Positions 1 to 9,213 of a stretch of DNA of 46,741 bases are shown here, piece by piece. The stretch comes from Alphaproteobacteria bacterium (GTDB lineage: Bacteria > Pseudomonadota > Alphaproteobacteria > Rs-D84), in contig JBMNPL010000004.1 of NCBI GenBank assembly GCA_050943575.1, forward strand, positions 1 through 46,741, written 5' to 3'. Numbering within the stretch: position 1 is the first letter of the stretch; each line of letters opens with the position of its first letter. The notes below the pieces were generated by a model. The model saw only the letters and a list, made by a program, of their open reading frames with translations. It was not told where the DNA came from and did not search any database. Position numbers and translations under genes: made by a program.

Positions 1-1
1 T

Positions 2-1645
2 TATTGCAAAGAGTTTTTTAATGGGTATAATATCCGCGAATTTTGGGGCATCATCTAATTGGTAGGATACCGGATTCTGATTCCGTTCATGTTGGTTCGA
101 GTCCAGCTGCCCCAACCAAGATGTACGACCGTTCGAATTTTTAAGTAAATCGAACGGTTTTTTCAAGGAAATCCAAGCTTTTTTATCAACGATGGTCGAG
201 TTCGAAAGTATCAATTTCAAAAGTGCCCGTTTTTGGTCTGTTTTCGAACTCCGTATTAGATTTCCGGCATTTGCAGCGATTTCGATGATATTTTCAATAA
301 TTTCACCAATTTCATTAAAATCGTCAGAAAATTTGTTTAATTCTGATTCAATTTCGGCTATTTCATTGTCCAATTGATGTTTTTTTGTTTCATATGTTTC
401 TTTGGTTATAACACCGTCTAATAACATATTAACGGCATTATCCAATCGGTTTTTTGCATCTCTCAATCGTTTTTGCAATTCCTGTTTATGCATACGATTA
501 AAACCATTTTCGTTTTGGATATATTCACGAATACTTGATTTTAATGCATTTAATGCTTTGTCTGAAAAATGAAAAGAACCTACCAATTCGTCTTCAATCT
601 GTTGAAACACCAATTGTTCGTTTATGGGCTTTTGGTCGCAATTACCATGTGTATGACTGCATTTTAAATAAGAATATTGTTTGCCGCTTTTCTTTGTGTG
701 TAATTCTGGTGTCATTGTGCAACCACATTTGCCACAGCGAAATAACCCACGTAAAGCAAAATCCATACTACCGTATTCTGTTTTGGTATGTATAGTTGCT
801 TTTCCTGATAACTGTTCTTGAACCTTGTTGAATAAATCTTCATCAATTAAAGGTTCGTATATATGTTTTATATAATTACCTTTGATGTACATAATCCCAC
901 AATAAAACGGGTTTTGTAAAATTGCGTGTATTGCAGCACGACATAATGTTTTATTTGAAAATTTGGATTTTAAATTATGTGTTCTTGCCCAAACTACCAT
1001 ATCTTTTAACGAATATAGTCCAGTTGCATATTCTTCAAACATTTTCTTAACCAATGGTCCGCGTTCGTCATCTATAACAACCGTTTTTTTCTTGTTTTTT
1101 GTAATATTTAAATATCCGGTTGGGGCTTTATTTTGCAGAATTCCCTCCTTCCAGTTATATTCCATACTTCTTTTAACATTGTCTCTTAGTGCATCAACAT
1201 ACATTTTTGCTGCTAATATTCCCATATTCCAACGGGTAATATCTGATGCTGGACTATTTTTAGTCAAAACAAGAGAATCTTTCCAAAAATGCACTTCAAT
1301 TATATCTGCTTTCAACAACGCTTCTATTTCGGCTGATTCTTTAAAACTTCGTTGAAACCTGTCAACACAATATACAACTATCGCTGTTTTGTTTTTTTGT
1401 TTTTTTACAAATTCTAACATTTTATGAAATTCTTTTCTGCTACCGCGTGTTGAACTTTCGGTCAATTTAATTTCTTGAATTACTGTGAAATCATGACTAT
1501 TGCAATATTCTTTTATCTTTTTTATCTGTGCGTCCAAAGAAACGCCTTCAGATTGATGCTCTTTGGATACCCTAGCGAACGCTATGGCCTGTTTGCATGG
1601 TCTTAATTTGTTAAAATTAACTTCTGTATTTTGATTTATCAACAT
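2..1645 (-). CDS. Large serine recombinase/integrase, at least 548 aa, no stop codon inside the window
   Basis: Translated by hand from ATG 1645, open to the window edge. Catalytic FARVS..Q, DRFQRS, APTGY and ILQNPFYCG recombinase motifs, zinc ribbon LRGLFRCGKCG...YLKC...C, C-terminal coiled coil. Confidence 0.93.
   Translation of the reverse strand, partial: MLINQNTEVNFNKLRPCKQAIAFARVSKEHQSEGVSLDAQIKKIKEYCNSHDFTVIQEIKLTESSTRGSRKEFHKMLEFVKKQKNKTAIVVYCVDRFQRSFKESAEIEALLKADIIEVHFWKDSLVLTKNSPASDITRWNMGILAAKMYVDALRDNVKRSMEYNWKEGILQNKAPTGYLNITKNKKKTVVIDDERGPLVKKMFEEYATGLYSLKDMVVWARTHNLKSKFSNKTLCRAAIHAILQNPFYCGIMYIKGNYIKHIYEPLIDEDLFNKVQEQLSGKATIHTKTEYGSMDFALRGLFRCGKCGCTMTPELHTKKSGKQYSYLKCSHTHGNCDQKPINEQLVFQQIEDELVGSFHFSDKALNALKSSIREYIQNENGFNRMHKQELQKRLRDAKNRLDNAVNMLLDGVITKETYETKKHQLDNEIAEIESELNKFSDDFNEIGEIIENIIEIAANAGNLIRSSKTDQKRALLKLILSNSTIVDKKAWISLKKPFDLLKNSNGRTSWLGQLDSNQHERNQNPVSYQLDDAPKFADIIPIKKLFAI
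4..31 (+). promoter_or_regulatory. sigma70-type promoter of tRNA-Gln
   Basis: TTGCAA (4-9), 16-bp spacer, TATAAT (26-31), 12 nt upstream of the tRNA. Confidence 0.75.
44..118 (+). tRNA. tRNA-Gln(CTG)
   Basis: Acceptor stem TGGGGCA/TGCCCCA with U1-A72, anticodon loop TT-CTG-AT, T arm GTTGG-TTCGAGT-CCAGC, encoded CCA. Confidence 0.95.
128..163 (+). terminator. Intrinsic terminator after tRNA-Gln, lying inside the antisense recombinase ORF
   Basis: ACCGTTCGA (128-136) / TCGAACGGT (150-158) stem followed by a T run. Confidence 0.7.
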
Positions 1646-1656
1646 GGTTTGGTCTC

Positions 1657-1851
1657 TTATTTATTTGATTTTAGCGTGTTTGTTTGGTTTTGTACGCGTT
1701 TATTTTCACTTTTTGCTTCGTATATATACAGTGTACCTGTTGCAAAGAATTTAATTAAATCACGAACCGCATTGTTTAACTCTTCGTCTGTAAAAGCATA
1801 ATCAGGATACCAAGATACAATTTCCTGCTTTAACACATCAACATTTGACAT
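1657..1851 (-). CDS. Small protein (64 aa) directly upstream of the integrase; possible directionality or regulatory factor
   Basis: ORF ends 11 bp before the integrase ATG on the same strand; function inferred from position only. Confidence 0.65.
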   Translation of the reverse strand: MSNVDVLKQEIVSWYPDYAFTDEELNNAVRDLIKFFATGTLYIYEAKSENKRVQNQTNTLKSNK

Positions 1852-2060
1852 TTTTTAACATCTTTTTTGTTTCATACTGACATCACAACCGTGTCAGAGA
1901 TGTTATATAGAATTTGGACCGAAAATTTTTCTCACGAACTAAACTTCCAATTCGGACAGCTATTTTCCAATTCTTATAAAAAAATATAAAAATTGTGGTT
2001 TGACCGACTGGGCATACCACAAATTACCAATCCTTGTGGCTTTGTATTTTTTTATTTAAT

Positions 2061-2585
2061 TCATCCAGAATATAAATTCCAAAGATATTCAAAACGAATT
2101 ATATATTCCTTAGCTAGACTATCAAGAAAAACACAGTTTTCACTATTGCTTTTGGTGGCAGCATCGGTCCAATTATATGAACCAGTTACGATGTTAGAGC
2201 CATCAAACACAGCGAATTTGTTGTGTTCTATTTTATATTTTTTATTTTTACGTAAAGGAACACCCGAGTGGACTAGAACATCATCCATAGAATGTTTGTT
2301 TCCTGCCATGGTTCTGTCTGTAATTATACGAATTTTTGCACCGCGTTTTTGGGCTTTTAATAATGCTTCAACAATCTTTTTATTAGTAATGGAGTAAACT
2401 GCAACATCAATAGTTTGAGCCTCACTGATTTTCTCCACAATACGATTTTCACATTCAACCCCTGGTGTAAAATAAACCTCATTACTATATACTACATGAT
2501 TTTGTTCGGACGATTTTGACTTGCCTGTATAATAACCAACAATAAAAGCGGAAATAATAATAAAAAATAAGGCTGTGTTTTTCAT
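2061..2585 (-). CDS. Phospholipase D-family nuclease (Nuc/Zucchini-like, single HKD) with N-terminal TM/signal
   Basis: HNKFAVFD (HxKxxxxD) plus GSYNWT and NSEN motifs; hydrophobic N-terminus. Confidence 0.9.
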   Translation of the reverse strand: MKNTALFFIIISAFIVGYYTGKSKSSEQNHVVYSNEVYFTPGVECENRIVEKISEAQTIDVAVYSITNKKIVEALLKAQKRGAKIRIITDRTMAGNKHSMDDVLVHSGVPLRKNKKYKIEHNKFAVFDGSNIVTGSYNWTDAATKSNSENCVFLDSLAKEYIIRFEYLWNLYSG

Positions 2586-2650
2586 AATTTATATGCAAAA
2601 ATTCTATCAGAAATAAAATCACCCAAAAAAATCTTTGACATTACCTTTTA

Positions 2651-2947
2651 TTATTTACCGTTTGTTTTCATATTGGCTATAAAATAAAACAAAGTTGCAA
2701 TGTTTAATATTGTCCACACTCCACGAACTAAACTAACAGTGAAAATGGGATTGTAGAGTATAGCAATAAGACAAAGTCCTACCGGTAAAGAAGATGACTT
2801 ATTGTATGATGTTAATATCTGCCATAAACAAACACCAAAAATAACCACCCTTAATAGCATATAATAACCGTATGGCATTATCGGCAAAATAGCCAAACCC
2901 AACATAATAGAGCAAATAACATACCAAGTATTTTTATCCATGTTCAC
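2651..2947 (-). CDS. Small integral membrane protein, DUF6804-like
   Basis: About 4 hydrophobic segments; MPYGYY.LLR and ILYNPI...L.R..W pattern recalled for DUF6804. Confidence 0.75.
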   Translation of the reverse strand: MNMDKNTWYVICSIMLGLAILPIMPYGYYMLLRVVIFGVCLWQILTSYNKSSSLPVGLCLIAILYNPIFTVSLVRGVWTILNIATLFYFIANMKTNGK

Positions 2948-2956
2948 CCCCTAAAA

Positions 2957-4720
2957 TTATTCAGCAAATGCCGCTATAAGCAAAAATAACCATATCCACC
3001 AAGTAGCAATAAAGAAATTCAATATCTTAGTTCCAACATTAAACATTGGCATTGAATGTTCTTGTATCTGTTCTGGGAACTCTACTTTTTTAGCCGCTTT
3101 TGCTTCTTCTTTTGTCACACCAAAGGTCTGACTTATTGAGCTACTTGGTCCTTTTTCCATAAACAAGTTCAACAATATGTACATCACAATTGCATTCTCA
3201 ACCAACATCAAAGACCATTCTAACTTATATCTTGGAGAGCTTTTTGAGCTAATAATAACCTTACCATCACTGGCCTTTACTGAAATGTCGGACCATTTGA
3301 ATTTCTTATAATCGTAATAATAATCATCCCTTAATTTCATACCATCATCATACAGAACACCATACACCGATTTTCCAAGTGCCAACTGATTTAACATATT
3401 TGTTATAATTTGCGGACCAACAGCTTTCCACAAGGCCGCGGTAAATCTATTGTATGGTAAAGTTTGTGTATAAATACTGCCTTTCAACCATTTTATTTCT
3501 ACGTCTTCGCTTTCAGTTCCAAAACCAACCAAAGACACTATCCCACCGGAATCACCTTTAAGGCCATATCGTATATTTGTAATATCTTCTAATTTATACA
3601 ACGAACCATTATATTCAATGCCTTTCTTTGACATTGAAAGAGTTTCCTGCCCAAATGCACCATCATGTGTAAAACTACATTCAATCTCTTTTTCTTGGCG
3701 TACCTTTGCCTCCCTAATATCCTTAATAGCAATTAAATCTTCTGACAAATGTTCTGATGATGTGCTTACCTCTGCAAACAATTCTTTTGCTTTTTTGACT
3801 ATTTTTTCTGAAAGGTCTAACGCATTGGCTTTTGCCCCAACATGTATAGCCAACTTACGAACTTCTTCGGCCATATCATGGCTTATCTCGTGTTCTAAAC
3901 CACGATTTTGCATACTAACCTGCAAAGGTTGCATTATGTTGTCGTAATCTTCCAACTCTTCTAAAAAGTCATCTATCAACTTTGTCAAATACGATTTTGA
4001 CACATTTTTGCGAACAGATTCTTTTTTTATGTTTTCAATAGATGTTTTGATTTTTCCGTTTATGCTTTCCAAGTCTTTTTGAACCGCCATTGCATAAATT
4101 TTATCAATATAATCTTGAACCAACTCTAATGTTAAACCGCTTTTTTCTTCTCGTTTCAAGACACCCATCATAATGTGGTTAAGAGATGTAAGCGTACGTC
4201 CAGACACCATTTCTTGAATAGATTGAATCGCCTGAACACGAATATTTTCCATTTCTTCTGCAATAGTAGATGTATCGGAAATTTCAGAAAAGCCGGAAAT
4301 ACTGCGTTCTTCGTTTATTACTTTTAATAAGTTCTCTATGTTTATAGACTCATACGATTGCGCCATTTCAAACAAAGTTTTTTCAAGAGCCGTATCACTT
4401 GGTTTTCTCATACTACTTAACAGCATACCCAAAGACAAATTAAAACGCACTAGCGGCGGCAATTTAGCCACAAACTCATCTTCCAACACACCAAATTTCA
4501 ATTTACTCAATATAGTAGATGTGTCTTTCAAACTTACCCCTGGAAACCACGACAATTCGGCCGATAAACGCCGTCTAGGATTCGTTAAAACCATACGAGC
4601 CTCAGAACAAATGCTTTCATCTATTTCAAGGCTTTTTTCTTCAGCCAAAGACATAAGTTTTTGGCGATTATCTCTAAGAGTAGCACCTAAAATATAAAAC
4701 GGGTTTTCTTTAATTTTCAT
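2957..4720 (-). CDS. 587-aa membrane-anchored protein with degenerate J-domain-like N-terminus
   Basis: NPFYILG...LTNPRRRL resembles J-domain helices but lacks HPD; helical middle, beta-rich C-terminal region, C-terminal TM helix; overlaps the AAA gene by 11 bp. Confidence 0.75.
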   Translation of the reverse strand: MKIKENPFYILGATLRDNRQKLMSLAEEKSLEIDESICSEARMVLTNPRRRLSAELSWFPGVSLKDTSTILSKLKFGVLEDEFVAKLPPLVRFNLSLGMLLSSMRKPSDTALEKTLFEMAQSYESINIENLLKVINEERSISGFSEISDTSTIAEEMENIRVQAIQSIQEMVSGRTLTSLNHIMMGVLKREEKSGLTLELVQDYIDKIYAMAVQKDLESINGKIKTSIENIKKESVRKNVSKSYLTKLIDDFLEELEDYDNIMQPLQVSMQNRGLEHEISHDMAEEVRKLAIHVGAKANALDLSEKIVKKAKELFAEVSTSSEHLSEDLIAIKDIREAKVRQEKEIECSFTHDGAFGQETLSMSKKGIEYNGSLYKLEDITNIRYGLKGDSGGIVSLVGFGTESEDVEIKWLKGSIYTQTLPYNRFTAALWKAVGPQIITNMLNQLALGKSVYGVLYDDGMKLRDDYYYDYKKFKWSDISVKASDGKVIISSKSSPRYKLEWSLMLVENAIVMYILLNLFMEKGPSSSISQTFGVTKEEAKAAKKVEFPEQIQEHSMPMFNVGTKILNFFIATWWIWLFLLIAAFAE

Positions 4721-6125
4721 TGTTAAATCCTATGCGTCTTTTGGGTTTGTCGGTAGCCGATTTTAAGGCTTTTGCTTCAAGAGCGTCATCAATCTCTTGT
4801 TGTGATATTTTATCCTTGCCACGAAAAGCAGTTAAACGAGCAGCCTCTTTAACAACGAATGCGACATCAGACCGTGGCTTATCAGTTAATGCCTCAATCA
4901 CTTTATCTAAATTCAAATTATCATCTTTGGGTAATTTAGCCAAAGATGTATCCAACATACTTTTTATATCTTCTGCTGTCGGCATTTTGACTTCAATCTT
5001 ATGGTCAAAACGGCCGGTACGAAGAATTGCTGGGTCTATATTGTCAATCAAATTTGTCATGCCAACTACTAAAACTTTATTTTTGGGTGCTTCTGGTATT
5101 AAACGCAGAAACTCACCAATTTCTTCAACTTTGAAATCCTGCGCTCCATCTCGTTTCGAAAGATAGGCCTCCATTTCATCTATAATCACGATTGATGGTG
5201 AAGTATCAAAAGCCTTATTAAATACCTCGGCAATCTTTTGTCCTGTTTGATGAATATAAGGACTTCCAATACTGCTCGAATTTATGCTGTACACTGGCCA
5301 ATCTAAAAATTCTGCCAATTTTTCAACTGCATAAGTCTTACCTGTTCCAGGTTTTCCGTACAAAATAATCGGGGACGGAAATCCAATTCCCAAACTTTCA
5401 TATCGTTCTGAATTTTGAACAATATCGATAACATTTTCATAGAAAAAGTTTTCAAGATATGTCGCCCCAGGCAAAGAAAATTTACTTGGTTTTGTATGAG
5501 CTGTTTTTCTTGGTTCATAATCATCAAGAAAAGCGCCATCAGAATCCAGTTGACCATCTAAAATCTTCTGTTCAATACCGGCCGCCTCAATAATTTCTTC
5601 TAAATCCTGTTTAGAAAAATTGGCTGTTAAACTTTTTAATCTGCGAATAGATGTTGTTGGAACAGCGACACCGCCAGTTAACCAAGTTCCCAACAACATA
5701 CTATCATCAACATCACCACCAGACAATTCATTTACCGGCAATAAACGAGCATATTGCTCAACATAGATAGCATTATCTAATGGAAGATTTTTAACAATAT
5801 TTCTGGTTTCTTTCAAACTTTTTGCAAATGCAAGAGCAGAAACCTTATCTACCTCAAAAAACTTATAACTTAATGGTGCCAATAGGAAACGGTCTGAAGA
5901 CAATAAGCAACTAAAATTATCGCCTCCAAAATCGCACTTAAAAAACACCTCTGGATTCAATAACCCTTGGTCCACCCATTTATCAACTAATGGTTGACGA
6001 CTTACCAACAAATTTTTATTGTTGTTTGTTTTATAAATTTGCCATGTATCATTTGAAAAGATTAAATTCTTAATCTCTACATCTTGTGCAATTTTATATT
6101 CTTTTGGCAACCAAGGGTCTATCAT
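4710..6125 (-). CDS. AAA+ ATPase (classic clade) with uncharacterised N-terminal domain
   Basis: Walker A GKPGTGKT, Walker B IIDE, SRH TN..DNIDPAILRTGRFD, C-terminal RRIGF. Confidence 0.92.
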   Translation of the reverse strand: MIDPWLPKEYKIAQDVEIKNLIFSNDTWQIYKTNNNKNLLVSRQPLVDKWVDQGLLNPEVFFKCDFGGDNFSCLLSSDRFLLAPLSYKFFEVDKVSALAFAKSLKETRNIVKNLPLDNAIYVEQYARLLPVNELSGGDVDDSMLLGTWLTGGVAVPTTSIRRLKSLTANFSKQDLEEIIEAAGIEQKILDGQLDSDGAFLDDYEPRKTAHTKPSKFSLPGATYLENFFYENVIDIVQNSERYESLGIGFPSPIILYGKPGTGKTYAVEKLAEFLDWPVYSINSSSIGSPYIHQTGQKIAEVFNKAFDTSPSIVIIDEMEAYLSKRDGAQDFKVEEIGEFLRLIPEAPKNKVLVVGMTNLIDNIDPAILRTGRFDHKIEVKMPTAEDIKSMLDTSLAKLPKDDNLNLDKVIEALTDKPRSDVAFVVKEAARLTAFRGKDKISQQEIDDALEAKALKSATDKPKRRIGFNNEN

Positions 6126-6128
6126 ATC

Positions 6129-8621
6129 TTATCCTCTTACAATATTTGTGATACTCATATCATCAAAGCTTACACCACCACTAATGCACGACATTTCCAG
6201 CTCTGCAACAATTTGTCTCAAGCGGTCAATGTTATCGTGTTCCATGGCATTATTACCGGCGGCAACCAAACTATTGAACTTTTCTCTATCAGATACAGAT
6301 TGTGGACGAGTTGCTAGATTCTTAAAGCGAGCAACAATAAACCAATCCTGTTTCCACAAAATACCAAATATCTTGATACGAATTTCTTTGATATATTCTT
6401 CAAAAGCATTTGTATCTTTTTCGATTGTTCGTTTTGCGCTTGTAATAAGGTTGTCTATTGTGCTGACTTCAGTAGTACTTGCGGCCTTACGCAACGGTTC
6501 AAAGAATTCGATAACCTTATCCAATTCCATTTGACGGATTGTTTTTAAGTGTTTCTTACGAACTTTTGCAAGTTCTTTCTTTGCTTGCTGGACTTGCTGT
6601 TCTGCAACTTTTGCTTTTTCAGGGTCTTTTTCATCAGCAGACAAAGATGCTGCACTATTTAATTTTGAGATAGCATCATCTAAATCTGGGTCATCTATCT
6701 TTTCTGCCATATCATCTGCGCGCTCACGAGTTGATTCAGCTTCTGCTAAAATTTCGCTGGCCGCCTCTGTATAATCTTTTTGTCCATCTTGTCTAGAATA
6801 AAAATTCTTAGCCGAATTAAATGAACCACGAATACAAGGGATAGAAACTTCTAACTTAATATTTCCATCATCAGACATCTCATAAATACATTCTATATCC
6901 GAACCAGCAGGAATAACCCCATCATCAAAGTCTGTACCGGAAATCTTGAAACTACCAATATACTCATTATCATCTATCGGATTTACAATATCGCCTTGCC
7001 ACAACTTAAAGTTTAACGATGCCATATCACCGGCTTTCAATGTTTCGGCGGCTTTCAATTTAATAGAGCCACGTTTAGGCAATATATCACCGGCCTTAAC
7101 CAAATATTCTGGCACAGGTGTTCCGCCCAATTTATCCAATACCCCCAAGAATACAGTATGCGATGCTGGAATAGAATCAATTGTTGCGGCGGTTTTTACG
7201 ATAACAATTTTATTTGTTTCTAATGGAACAATATCGCCAACACCATTAAATACAAATACTTTAAATGTGTTTTCGCCATTTTTAGACAACAATACATCTA
7301 CTGGAGTTTTTTCTGAAAGTGCTATTTTACCAGACGACCAACCTGTATCTAATGAATCAATCTGGAATTCATAATTATCCTTGTTAGCCGTATCTAATGT
7401 GACAACCAACTTAGTCTTTGAATCTGGTGTGCGTGCTATGTAATCAAATTTTACATTAACTGCACCTTTTGATTCAATAGAACCACGAACATTCTTTTTT
7501 GCATGGGCTTGTGATGACCAATCAATGGATTCAGCATAAATACTTGCACCCTCTGAAACTGCTGTCATAGGATTAACATCTGTATTTGCAGGTATGCCTA
7601 ACTCAGAAGAAACTTTATCGCGTAATGGTTTGTAGTTAGTTGGTCCACCGACAAACACAATACGAACAACATCTTCTGTTTTCAAACCGGCCGAATCCAA
7701 AGTATCCAAAACAGATTTAATAGTATCTTGAATCTGATTTTCAATCAAAGGATTATACATATCACGATTGATTTCTATATCTAAATACATATCTTCGCCG
7801 GTGTCATCTTGGGCGCGTAAGTATGATTCAGAAGCAGAAATAGTCGCACTATGCCTATCTGATAATGCAATTTTTGCCTTTTCTGTTGCATAGTTGATAA
7901 CTCCTATCATAGATTTATATTTATCAAGAGTCCAAAATTCATCCGGCAACTTAAATCTATTTTTCATCCAAGGATAAACCACTTTTTCAATTAAAACTCG
8001 GTCAAAATCACGCCCCCCACAAGCAGGTATCCCACCATGGCTCATTAAACTTACACGACCATTTATACTTTCTGCAACAGCAACGTCTAATGTACCACCA
8101 CCCAAGTCATAAACCAAGAAAATGCCATCTTCTGGACGAGTTTTCATAATACTCATAACTGCTGCAACAGGTTCTTGCATAAGGGCAACTTTACCAATGC
8201 CTGCCATATTAGCGGCAGCCAACGTAGCGTCTTTTGCTTTTTGGTCAAATGCCGCAGGAACAGTAATAACCGTACCCAAATCTGGGTCATTTCTGATTTC
8301 ATCTGGCAAGTAATTAAACATTGTCTTCAGGATTTCGGCCGAGCATTCTTCTGGAGACAAATCTTTGCCTAAATTAGGGATTTTTACCATAGTGCTTGTA
8401 CCCATCATTCGCTTAAAACGAACTGCTACATTTTCTGGGTCTCTGGCCATTTCCTCATAAGCATCATTTCCAACATACTTATTACCTCGCGCATCTACCA
8501 AAATTGCAGATGGAGTAACATCATAACCACGAGAATTTTTCCAAATTTTTACATTTTCACCATCATACGAAGAAATCGCACTATTGGTTGTACCTAAGTC
8601 AATACCTATAAAGTTTGTCAT
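6129..8621 (-). CDS. Atypical Hsp70-family protein (830 aa), not housekeeping DnaK
   Basis: GIDLGTTNS, VITVPA.F, EPVAA, YDLGGGTLD, GG.DFD and EKAKI.LS ATPase motifs; C-terminal half unlike the DnaK substrate-binding domain. Confidence 0.92.
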   Translation of the reverse strand: MTNFIGIDLGTTNSAISSYDGENVKIWKNSRGYDVTPSAILVDARGNKYVGNDAYEEMARDPENVAVRFKRMMGTSTMVKIPNLGKDLSPEECSAEILKTMFNYLPDEIRNDPDLGTVITVPAAFDQKAKDATLAAANMAGIGKVALMQEPVAAVMSIMKTRPEDGIFLVYDLGGGTLDVAVAESINGRVSLMSHGGIPACGGRDFDRVLIEKVVYPWMKNRFKLPDEFWTLDKYKSMIGVINYATEKAKIALSDRHSATISASESYLRAQDDTGEDMYLDIEINRDMYNPLIENQIQDTIKSVLDTLDSAGLKTEDVVRIVFVGGPTNYKPLRDKVSSELGIPANTDVNPMTAVSEGASIYAESIDWSSQAHAKKNVRGSIESKGAVNVKFDYIARTPDSKTKLVVTLDTANKDNYEFQIDSLDTGWSSGKIALSEKTPVDVLLSKNGENTFKVFVFNGVGDIVPLETNKIVIVKTAATIDSIPASHTVFLGVLDKLGGTPVPEYLVKAGDILPKRGSIKLKAAETLKAGDMASLNFKLWQGDIVNPIDDNEYIGSFKISGTDFDDGVIPAGSDIECIYEMSDDGNIKLEVSIPCIRGSFNSAKNFYSRQDGQKDYTEAASEILAEAESTRERADDMAEKIDDPDLDDAISKLNSAASLSADEKDPEKAKVAEQQVQQAKKELAKVRKKHLKTIRQMELDKVIEFFEPLRKAASTTEVSTIDNLITSAKRTIEKDTNAFEEYIKEIRIKIFGILWKQDWFIVARFKNLATRPQSVSDREKFNSLVAAGNNAMEHDNIDRLRQIVAELEMSCISGGVSFDDMSITNIVRG

Positions 8622-8627
8622 TCTGCT

Positions 8628-9197
8628 TTACCTTTTGTGTTTTTTATGCTTGTTCTTTTTTTTATCATTTTGATTATTCTGATTGTTTTGACTGTTCTCT
8701 GGGATATCGCCTAAACTAACGGTTTCCGAACTAGAAAAATCAATATCTACAAATTTAATTGTCGGCTCTATAATTTCGGCCTCTGTTTCAACAATATTAC
8801 AATCTTGATTGTCTGAAACAGGTTCAATTTCGGGTTCAATAATTTCTACTACTGGCTCTGGAGCTTTCGTTGATTTCAACAACACAACACCAGACTTTAC
8901 AACCTTGCCTTGGAACATGACAATAGGTTCTATAACTTGGTCAATTAACAATTCTTCATCTTTATCAAAATCAGACAAATTTAATGGGGTGGCGGCAACA
9001 CCAACATCATACACACCCTCTGGAACAACAAAAGAATAACCAGATTTATTTACAAAATCTTGACACTTTTTCACAAACCAATTTACTTGACCTAAATATC
9101 GTTTTTGTTCATCTGGGGATAAATGGTTTATTAACTTTTGAAAAAGTTTTGGCACATTATACAATTCTAAAATAAAATCTAAATTTTGCTCATCCAT
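8628..9197 (-). CDS. GrpE-like protein with low-complexity acidic/basic tail
   Basis: Helical N-part, then YD.G...I.QVIEPIVMFQGKVVKSGVVLL resembling the GrpE beta domain; ends 6 bp before hsp70; GGAG RBS. Confidence 0.65.
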   Translation of the reverse strand: MDEQNLDFILELYNVPKLFQKLINHLSPDEQKRYLGQVNWFVKKCQDFVNKSGYSFVVPEGVYDVGVAATPLNLSDFDKDEELLIDQVIEPIVMFQGKVVKSGVVLLKSTKAPEPVVEIIEPEIEPVSDNQDCNIVETEAEIIEPTIKFVDIDFSSSETVSLGDIPENSQNNQNNQNDKKKNKHKKHKR

Positions 9198-9213
9198 AAT
9201 AATACTCCAATGA

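Noticed and set aside
192-1355. Plus-strand ORFs 192-377, 535-795 and 963-1355
   Set aside because: Antisense shadows of the serine recombinase, which has clear motifs on the minus strand.
6129-8621. Calling the Hsp70 gene dnaK or hscA
   Set aside because: The C-terminal half lacks DnaK substrate-binding motifs, and its length and island context differ.
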